Assembly (NCBI GenBank): GCA_001303955.1
Contig: LJUP01000001.1
Location: forward strand, 20,328 to 84,327
Reading direction: 5' to 3'
Origin: Bacteroides sp. SM23_62
GTDB taxonomy: Bacteria; Bacteroidota; Bacteroidia; Bacteroidales; SM23-62
Length of the DNA: 64,000 nucleotides
Notes under the pieces: model-generated
What the model saw: only the letters and a program-made list of their open reading frames with translations
The model's database searches: none
Told to the model about the DNA's origin: nothing
Translations under genes and position numbers: made by a program
Shown here: one piece after another, positions 56,700 to 64,000 of the stretch
Numbering within the stretch: the first letter of the stretch is position 1
Layout of the letters: every line of letters begins with the position of its first letter

Positions 56700-59600
56700 A
56701 TGAAATCCATTTTAATTACTGTTCTGAACAGAACAGCTATTGTTGCTATACTCATCAGTGTTTTCTCCTGCCAGCAACAAACACCACAAGCTCCGTCCAT
56801 TGATCCAGGATTTACTTCCTACATAGCTGCATTCACTTCCGGCTATTTAAGCCGGCAAGACAGGATCAGGATCCGGTTGGTTGAAGCATTCCCTGACCAG
56901 GTCGACATGTCTGAACCCATACGTGAGAAATTGTTTGAAATATCTCCTTCCGTTAAAGGATCAGCCTACTGGATTGATCAGCAAACCATAGAATTCAGGC
57001 CGGATGAAGACATGAAATCCGGAACCACCTACAAGGTGGATTTTGCCCTTGAAAAGATCGTGGATGTGCCGGGTAACCTGAAAACATTTTCGTTTGAATT
57101 TCAGACCATTGTTCAAAATTTCGATGTGATTCTTGAATCCCAGCAAACCTATGAACCCGGAAACCTTCAATGGCTGCAATTTGCCGGAACCCTTAAGACG
57201 GCAGATTTCCTGGAAGAGACCGACCTGGCGGAATTGCTTACTGCATCACAGGATGGACAATCATTGAGCATTTCGTGGGATCCGGATCCGGATGGCAGGG
57301 AACACCGTTTCAGGATAGACAGTGTTCAGAGGAAGGAGAAGGAAGGAATTGTGCAAATTGCATGGGATGGAAAATCAATCAGTGTAGACAGTAAAGACGA
57401 CATGGAGATCGTCATACCGGCTCTTGGGGAATTTACATTAATGGAAGTTTCTGTTGTTCAGCAACCTGAGCAATATATACTGCTGCGATTTTCAGACCCT
57501 CTTCAAGAAAAGCAATACCTGAACGGATTAATCACCCTTGATAATGGAACAGATCTTTCATTCATTGTTGAGAACAATGATATTCGTGCTTATCCATCAG
57601 TACGGCAGAGCGGTGATCTGAAAGTCATGGTTTCTTCCGGGATCAGAAATATCCTGGGCTATAAATTATCCGACGGGAACAATTATCAGGTAAGCTTTGA
57701 TGAGGTCAAACCTGCCTTACGATTGCTGGGCAAGGGTGTGATCCTTCCTTCTTCCGAGGGGCTGATTTTGCCCTTTGAGGCAGTGAACCTGAAAGCCATT
57801 GAAGTGCGGATTATCCGCATTTACGAGAATAATCTCAGTCAGTTCTTACAGGTCAATCACCTGGATGGTGACTACCAGTTAAAGCGTGTTGGCAGGTTGA
57901 TCCTACGGAAAACCATTCAGCTTAATACTGGTGCTACGGTGGACTTTGGGAAATGGAATGCCTTTTCACTGGATCTTTCATCATTGATCCAGGCCGAACC
58001 AGGAGCCATATACCGGATTGAACTCGGATTCAAGAAACATCACTCGCTGTATCCCTGTGAAGATCGGTCCACAGAACCTTCTGATCTTACTGAGCTTGAA
58101 GATGAGTATGATGATCAGATGGAACAGGAATTGAGCTACTGGGATACCTACGAAGATTATTATTACGAAGGAGATTACTATTATTATGACTGGGAGGAGC
58201 GGGAAGATCCCTGCTCGGATAGTTATTATGGAAAATACCGTTCAGTTGCCCGTAATATCCTTGCTTCCGATCTCGGGATCATAGCAAAGGCAGGAACGGA
58301 TCATTCCCTGATAGTGGCTGTAACTGATCTGGTATCAACCCTGCCGCTTTCCGGGGTACAGGTAAATATATTGAACTTCCAGCAGCAGGTTATCGGAAGT
58401 ACCCGCACCGATGTCAGAGGAATGGCCAGCATCCCCCTAGAAAACAAACCTTTCCTGCTGATTGCTCGGCAAAACGAGCAACGGGGTTACCTTCGGCTGG
58501 ATGATGGTTCCTCCTTATCACTCAGCCGTTTTGATGTCTCAGGGAACATTGTACAAAAGGGTGTGAAGGCATTTATTTATGGCGAAAGGGGTGTTTGGCG
58601 GCCAGGGGATACTCTTTTCCTGAACCTGATGCTGGAGGACAGGCAGCACCTGCTGCCTGAGAGCCATCCTGTTACATTTGAGCTGTTAAACCCTCATGGA
58701 CAGATGGTCAGCAGGATGATCCGGAGCAATGGCACACATGGATTCTATTCTTTCATTACCGCAACACTTCCGGATGCACCTACCGGTAACTGGATGGCCC
58801 GGATCAGGATCGGCGGCCTGGTTTTTACAAAATGGCTCAGGATTGAAACCGTAAAACCCAACCGGCTTAAAATCAATCTGGATTTTGGGAAGGACTATAT
58901 TTCTGTTACAGATCCAGAGATCAGGGGCACACTTGGGGTAACCTGGCTACACGGTGCTGTTGCACGTAACCTGAAAACACATGTCTCGGTGGTGCTGACA
59001 GAAATGACAACACAATTCCGGCGATACCGGGATTTTGATTTTGATGATCCCGTAAAAAGCTTTAATACTGAGGAACAAACACTGTTTGACGGAAGAACAG
59101 ATGAAGATGGCAAGGCCAGTTTTATGACCCGTCTTCAGACAGGGAATGCTTCCCCGGGCATGTTACGGGCCGGTTTTATTACAAGGGTTTTTGAAGAGAG
59201 CGGGGATTTCAGTATTGACCGATTTTCTGTCCCCTATTCACCCTATAAAAGCTACGTAGGCATAAAAACACCCCCGGGAGATAAGGCGAGGGGAATGCTG
59301 TTGACCGATACTTCACACACGGTAAACCTGGTTACCCTGGATCCTGACGGAAATCCTGTCTCACGCAGGAACCTTGATGTGAATATTTACAAGATTAACT
59401 GGCGATGGTGGTGGGACGCCGGGGACGATAACCTGGCTTCCTATATAGGTAATACTGAACATCAGCCCATATTCAACACCAGGGTAGATGCCCTTAACGG
59501 GGAAGGAAATTTTCAGTTCCGGATTGATTATCCTGAATGGGGAAGATATCTTATCAGGGTGATAGATCCTCTGAGCGGTCATGCCTGCGGGAAAATCATT

Positions 59601-62279
59601 TATTTAGATTGGCCTGGTTGGGCAGGCAGGGGACAAAGAGAGCATCCCGGTGGGGCCGCTATGCTGAGTTTCAGTGCAGATAAAACTTCCTACCAGGTGG
59701 GTGAATTTGCCAGTATTACTTTTCCCTCTTCCGGACAGGGCAGGGCACTTGTCAGTATTGAAAACGGTTCAAGGGTGTTAGATGCATACTGGCTTGATGT
59801 AAGTGAACCTGAAACCAAGTTTAACTTTAAAGTAATGCCTGAAATGGCTCCCAATATATATGTGAATTTAATACTTTTACAACCACATGCACAAACTAAA
59901 AACGACCTGCCAATCCGATTGTATGGGGTGATCCCGATACTGGTAGAAGATCCGTCAACCAGGTTACAGCCGGTGATTGAGATGCCTGATGTTTTAAGAC
60001 CTGAAGAAGAAATCAGTATACAGGTCAGTGAGAGCAATGGAATAGCGTGCAGCTATACCCTTGCCATTGTTGATGAAGGCTTGCTGGACCTGACCCGGTT
60101 TTCCACGCCTCAGCCTTGGGATCATTTCTATGCCAGGGAGGCCCTGGGTGTAAGAACCTGGGATATTTATAATTCAGTTCTTGGCGCATATGGAGGTAAA
60201 ATAGAACAGATGTTTGGCATCGGAGGTGGTTTCGAAGAAGATGCCGGACAGGAGTCACAAAGCCGTGCCAACCGTTTCAAACCCATGGTGAAATTCATCG
60301 GTCCTTTTTCACTGAAGCAGGGACAAAAACAATCTCATGTGATCGGCATTCCAAAGTATACGGGTTCCGTAAGAACCATGGTTATAGCCGGCAACCAGTT
60401 TGCCTATGGTGCTGCAGAGAAAACCGTTCCGGTTAAAAAACCCCTTATGGTACTTGCTACCCTTCCGCGGGTATTGGGACCCGGTGAGGAAGTCAAACTT
60501 CCGGTTACGGTTTTTGCCATGGAGGAAAATATCAATGAGGTTACTGTCAGGCTTGAGACGAATGAACTATTCACCCTGCAGGGTGATCATGAACAGCATC
60601 TCACATTCCGCCAAACGGGTGACCAACTATGTACATTTGGTTTGAATGTTAAAGATGTTCTGGGCATAGGAAAGGTGCAAGTAATTGCCAAAAGTGATTC
60701 TGAAACTGCTTCTTATGATATAGAACTTGAAATAAGAAACCCAAATCCCCCCATTACGGAATTTATTGATGAGGTAATTGAACCCGGACAGACACTCAGC
60801 AGGGACTATGTCCTTCCTGGAATGCCGGGAACCAACACAGCAACCCTGGAAGTTTCTTCCATCCCTCCCATAGATTTTGGTCGCAGGCTTAAATACCTGC
60901 TGGCTTATCCTCACGGATGCATTGAACAAATAACTTCTGCCGCATTTCCTCAACTTTTCCTCGGTGATATAACTGAACTAAACAAAGCAGTCAGGACCAA
61001 AACAGAGAACAATGTAAAGGCCGCCATCAAGAGAATCCATGCCTTCATGATTCCTTCCGGGGGATTTTCATACTGGCCGAATTCAGGAGAGTCGAATCCC
61101 TGGGCAACATCCTATGCAGGACATTTCCTCCTGGAAGCTGAATCTAAAGGTTACGGATTGCCAGTAAATTTCAAAAAACCATGGATTAAATACCAGCGCA
61201 AGGAAGCCAGGCACTGGAAAATGTCAGGGGACAAATACAGGATGGATGACCTGGTACAGGCATATCGCTTATATACACTGGCCCTTGCCGGAGAACCCGA
61301 ACTAGGGGCCATGAACAGATTGCGGGAAATGGAAACCATTTCCATTCAGGCCCGGTGGCGACTGGCAGCGGCTTATGCCCTGGCAGGGCAGGCAGAATCA
61401 GCCAACATGCTGATTGCACAAGGGGTGCCAGAAATCCCAGCATATTCAGGATTTAACCACAGTTATGGTTCGCGGGAAAGGGACTGGGCCATGATACTGG
61501 AAACACTTACCCTGCTGGGTAAACGTTCGGATGGTGTATTCCTTGCCCGGAAAATATCTGACGAATTGCGAAGCAGGCTATGGATGAGCACACAAACAAC
61601 GGCATATTGCCTGCTTGCCATGTCAAAATTTGCCGGCAGTTATGCCAGTTCAAGGGAACTGAATTTTTCCTACCAGTTTGATGCGGGCAGAAAAACAAAT
61701 GCAAATACAAAATTGCCTGTTGTGCAGGTGGGCCTGGACACAGAAACCAGATCCGGCGGAAAGATTACAGTAGATAACAAAGGAGAAGGTGTGATATTTG
61801 TCAGGCTTATCATGGAAGGCATACCAAAGGCCGGTAAAGAAACCGCTGCCCGGCACAACCTTAATCTTTCCGTAATATACACTGATATGGAAGGGAATTC
61901 AATCGATATTACAAGACTTAGTCAGGGAACCGATTTTCTGGCTCATGCTACGATCACCAATCCCTTTGGGGTTCATATCTACAAGGATATGGCCCTGTCT
62001 CAGATCTTTCCCTCAGGGTGGGAGATCCACAACACCCGCATGGATGATTTCATGTCTGTCCATGCTGCAGACCAGCCCTCGTACCAGGACATCCGGGATG
62101 ACCGTGTATATACCTATTTTGATATCAAAAGACATGGCACCAATACCTATGTGATACAGTTGAATGCCGCCTATCTCGGAAAGTACTATCTTCCCGCATT
62201 TTATTGTGAAGCCATGTATGATGAAGGTGTTAATGCCAGCACAGCGGGCAGGTGGGTCAACGTGATCAAAGGTGAATGA
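56700..62279 (+). CDS. Bacterial alpha-2-macroglobulin-family lipoprotein (YfhM/ECAM-like) with an intact thioester motif
   Basis: 1859 aa. Lipobox ISVFSC. MG-domain repeats. The thioester CIEQ (YPHGCIEQ) lies at nt 60918-60929. The gene is adjacent to pbpC. Confidence 0.92.
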   Translation: MKSILITVLNRTAIVAILISVFSCQQQTPQAPSIDPGFTSYIAAFTSGYLSRQDRIRIRLVEAFPDQVDMSEPIREKLFEISPSVKGSAYWIDQQTIEFRPDEDMKSGTTYKVDFALEKIVDVPGNLKTFSFEFQTIVQNFDVILESQQTYEPGNLQWLQFAGTLKTADFLEETDLAELLTASQDGQSLSISWDPDPDGREHRFRIDSVQRKEKEGIVQIAWDGKSISVDSKDDMEIVIPALGEFTLMEVSVVQQPEQYILLRFSDPLQEKQYLNGLITLDNGTDLSFIVENNDIRAYPSVRQSGDLKVMVSSGIRNILGYKLSDGNNYQVSFDEVKPALRLLGKGVILPSSEGLILPFEAVNLKAIEVRIIRIYENNLSQFLQVNHLDGDYQLKRVGRLILRKTIQLNTGATVDFGKWNAFSLDLSSLIQAEPGAIYRIELGFKKHHSLYPCEDRSTEPSDLTELEDEYDDQMEQELSYWDTYEDYYYEGDYYYYDWEEREDPCSDSYYGKYRSVARNILASDLGIIAKAGTDHSLIVAVTDLVSTLPLSGVQVNILNFQQQVIGSTRTDVRGMASIPLENKPFLLIARQNEQRGYLRLDDGSSLSLSRFDVSGNIVQKGVKAFIYGERGVWRPGDTLFLNLMLEDRQHLLPESHPVTFELLNPHGQMVSRMIRSNGTHGFYSFITATLPDAPTGNWMARIRIGGLVFTKWLRIETVKPNRLKINLDFGKDYISVTDPEIRGTLGVTWLHGAVARNLKTHVSVVLTEMTTQFRRYRDFDFDDPVKSFNTEEQTLFDGRTDEDGKASFMTRLQTGNASPGMLRAGFITRVFEESGDFSIDRFSVPYSPYKSYVGIKTPPGDKARGMLLTDTSHTVNLVTLDPDGNPVSRRNLDVNIYKINWRWWWDAGDDNLASYIGNTEHQPIFNTRVDALNGEGNFQFRIDYPEWGRYLIRVIDPLSGHACGKIIYLDWPGWAGRGQREHPGGAAMLSFSADKTSYQVGEFASITFPSSGQGRALVSIENGSRVLDAYWLDVSEPETKFNFKVMPEMAPNIYVNLILLQPHAQTKNDLPIRLYGVIPILVEDPSTRLQPVIEMPDVLRPEEEISIQVSESNGIACSYTLAIVDEGLLDLTRFSTPQPWDHFYAREALGVRTWDIYNSVLGAYGGKIEQMFGIGGGFEEDAGQESQSRANRFKPMVKFIGPFSLKQGQKQSHVIGIPKYTGSVRTMVIAGNQFAYGAAEKTVPVKKPLMVLATLPRVLGPGEEVKLPVTVFAMEENINEVTVRLETNELFTLQGDHEQHLTFRQTGDQLCTFGLNVKDVLGIGKVQVIAKSDSETASYDIELEIRNPNPPITEFIDEVIEPGQTLSRDYVLPGMPGTNTATLEVSSIPPIDFGRRLKYLLAYPHGCIEQITSAAFPQLFLGDITELNKAVRTKTENNVKAAIKRIHAFMIPSGGFSYWPNSGESNPWATSYAGHFLLEAESKGYGLPVNFKKPWIKYQRKEARHWKMSGDKYRMDDLVQAYRLYTLALAGEPELGAMNRLREMETISIQARWRLAAAYALAGQAESANMLIAQGVPEIPAYSGFNHSYGSRERDWAMILETLTLLGKRSDGVFLARKISDELRSRLWMSTQTTAYCLLAMSKFAGSYASSRELNFSYQFDAGRKTNANTKLPVVQVGLDTETRSGGKITVDNKGEGVIFVRLIMEGIPKAGKETAARHNLNLSVIYTDMEGNSIDITRLSQGTDFLAHATITNPFGVHIYKDMALSQIFPSGWEIHNTRMDDFMSVHAADQPSYQDIRDDRVYTYFDIKRHGTNTYVIQLNAAYLGKYYLPAFYCEAMYDEGVNASTAGRWVNVIKGE

Positions 62280-62297
62280 ATGAATACCTCAAACTAA

Positions 62298-62486
62298 AAT
62301 CTAGCTGACCGTATGCGCCGTGTCCTGAAAAGAAAAGGATGCAGGGAAATGGATTTTACCAAACGGCCAATGAAAGGATTTATCTTTATCGAACCCAAAG
62401 GCACGGACTTGGACCAGGACCTTGAATCTTGGATCCAGCTTGCACTTGATTATAATCCCAAAGCCAAATCGAGCAAAAATAAATGA
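62298..62486 (+). pseudogene. C-terminal half of a TfoX-N-domain-like small protein (relic)
   Basis: KGCREMDFTKRPMKGFIFIEPKG...DLESWIQLALDYNPKAKSSKNK matches, from memory, the C-terminal ~55 aa of ~110-aa TfoX_N-type proteins. The N-terminal half is absent because the frame closes 18 nt after the A2M stop. An internal ATG at 62313 could still give a 57-aa product. Confidence 0.5.
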
Positions 62487-62492
62487 TGCATT

Positions 62493-64000
62493 TTGATACC
62501 GTGTAGGATAGGACAACCAAAAATACGCCATTGGCTCCTGGCCCTTGGGCCTTTCCTGATCTTTTCCGGATTATTCTGGTTTTCCCTTCCCCGTGTCTTA
62601 TTTGATGATCCTTACAGTACTGTTCTTCTTGACAGAAAAGGGGAACTGCTCGGGGCGCGAATTGCAGATGACGGGCAATGGAGGTTCCCTCCTGTGGATT
62701 CCCTTGCGGATAAATATAAAAAAGCTGTCATCCTCTATGAAGACCGTTTCTTTTATTATCACCCGGGGATTAACCCTTTTTCCCTGTTCAGGGCCCTTTG
62801 GCAGAACCTGAAAGCAGGAGAGATTGTCAGTGGTGGCAGTACACTTTCCATGCAGGTAATCCGCCTTGCCAGGAAGGGGAAGCGCCGCACACTGTTTGAA
62901 AAGGTTATTGAAATTATACTGGCTTCCCGGCTGGAGTGGACTGAGTCAAAAGAAGAAATCCTCTGTCTGTATGCCTCACATGCACCTTTCGGTGGAAATG
63001 TGGTAGGCATTGATGCCGCTTCATGGCGTTACTATGGCCGTCCACCGGAACAGCTTTCCTGGGCAGAAACAGCCACGCTTGCCGTTTTACCTAATGCCCC
63101 TTCACTGATCCATCCCGGTAAAAACCGTTTATTGCTGATCGAAAAACGAAACCGGCTTCTTGATAAATTGGAAAAAGATGGTTTGATTGATTCACTGGAC
63201 TGTGAACTGGCAAAGCTTGAAGGATTGCCTGACAAACCATTGCCCCTTCCTGCCTTTGCGCCTCATTTAATGGACAGGGTGTATGTGCAAAATCGCGGTT
63301 CAAGGGTACGTTCAAGTCTCGATGTCATGTTGCAACAGCGTGTAAACCTGATTCTGGAAGAACATCAGAAACAACTTAAACACAACAATATACACAATGC
63401 CTGTTGCTTGGTTCTTGATACCCGTACCGGTGAGGTTTTGGCCTATGTAGGCAATACCCGTCATCCCGGCAGGCCAGAATTTGGCGGTGATGTCAACATC
63501 ATCCACGCCCCCCGCAGTACCGGCAGTATTTTAAAGCCCGTTTTGTACTGCCTGATGTTGGAAGAGGGAGAGATCCTGCCCGGAACACTCATCCCTGACA
63601 TCCCAACACAATATACCGGTTACTCACCTAAAAACTTTTCAATGACTTACGATGGTGCGGTGCCTGCCCGCCGGGCACTGGCCAGGTCCCTGAACATTCC
63701 AGCTGTCAGGATGCTCCAATCCCATGGATCCGAAAGATTTTATTACCAGCTGGAGGAACTGGGCATTCATACCCTGAGATTTCCTGCATCTCATTATGGA
63801 CTATCACTGATACTCGGTGGGGCAGAAGGCAGTTTATGGGATATTACCGGGGTTTATGCTTCCATGGGCAGGGTGCTTGCCCGGTACAATCAGACTGGCC
63901 TTTATCATACAGGTGACATCCATCCTCCCTATTATGCTTTTTCAGGCCGTCAACAAACAAGACCCGATGAAGGTTCAGCAGATAATAGTCATCCATTCAG
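62493..64000 (+). CDS. pbpC: Penicillin-binding protein 1C, 3'-partial (runs off the window end)
   Basis: GT51 motifs EDRFFYYHPGINP and GGSTLSMQV. TM anchor WLLALGPFLIFSGLFWF. Transpeptidase SxxK (STGSILKP). No in-frame ATG exists between the upstream stop (62484-62486) and the TM helix. TTG at 62493 is the only plausible start. Confidence 0.88.
   Translation, partial: MIPCRIGQPKIRHWLLALGPFLIFSGLFWFSLPRVLFDDPYSTVLLDRKGELLGARIADDGQWRFPPVDSLADKYKKAVILYEDRFFYYHPGINPFSLFRALWQNLKAGEIVSGGSTLSMQVIRLARKGKRRTLFEKVIEIILASRLEWTESKEEILCLYASHAPFGGNVVGIDAASWRYYGRPPEQLSWAETATLAVLPNAPSLIHPGKNRLLLIEKRNRLLDKLEKDGLIDSLDCELAKLEGLPDKPLPLPAFAPHLMDRVYVQNRGSRVRSSLDVMLQQRVNLILEEHQKQLKHNNIHNACCLVLDTRTGEVLAYVGNTRHPGRPEFGGDVNIIHAPRSTGSILKPVLYCLMLEEGEILPGTLIPDIPTQYTGYSPKNFSMTYDGAVPARRALARSLNIPAVRMLQSHGSERFYYQLEELGIHTLRFPASHYGLSLILGGAEGSLWDITGVYASMGRVLARYNQTGLYHTGDIHPPYYAFSGRQQTRPDEGSADNSHPF

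Noticed and set aside
1-64000. I searched for mobile elements, CRISPR arrays, defence systems, toxin-antitoxin pairs, prophage genes and rRNA/tRNA genes.
   Set aside because: No transposase, integrase or recombinase motifs were seen. There are no regularly spaced repeats, no flanking direct repeats, and no nuclease/helicase/methylase clusters. The YwqK/MORN-type repeats at 55731-56615 are fused to a TonB C-terminal domain and have no toxin partner.

Overview
This is a gene-dense chromosomal segment, about 90% coding, that looks like a Bacteroidota (Bacteroidia-type) genome. The taxonomic call rests on TAnnTTTG-type -7 promoter boxes, the DUF4271-hemD-rnpA gene order, DUF5916/CBM9-like and AsmA-family proteins, an M16 peptidase pair, and an alpha-2-macroglobulin gene next to pbpC. 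I can support about 50 intact CDS. They are mostly housekeeping or envelope genes: dcp, xth, rsgA, selU, pepE, dtd, deoC, hemD, rnpA, two TetR regulators, one ECF sigma/anti-sigma/OMP triad, one LytS/LytTR pair, and three orphan or hybrid histidine kinases. I saw no rRNA, tRNA, CRISPR array, transposase, integrase or phage gene, and nothing with the hallmarks of a defence island or mobile element. Most of the window is ordinary core genome. Five things merit a second look. (1) A TetR-controlled cluster encodes a LolA-like periplasmic protein, two FtsX/MacB-type permeases, an ATPase and a predicted OM beta-barrel, with a clear promoter-operator architecture. (2) A same-strand run of signal-peptide proteins (DsrE-like, ankyrin-PPP phosphatase, CotH-like putative kinase) ends in a PAS hybrid kinase. 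(3) A ceramidase-like gene is paired with a CE4-GH3 fusion whose expected GH3 nucleophile Asp reads as Glu. (4) Four clear gene relics (ABC transporter, SDR, GMC oxidoreductase, TfoX-like) plus one doubtful stub next to dtd sit at operon junctions. (5) Small sequence-level structures include a duplicated 21-nt start region, a hairpin that occludes a start codon, and convergent stop codons abutting in TGATCA. All functional calls come from by-eye motif recognition. No database search was run.
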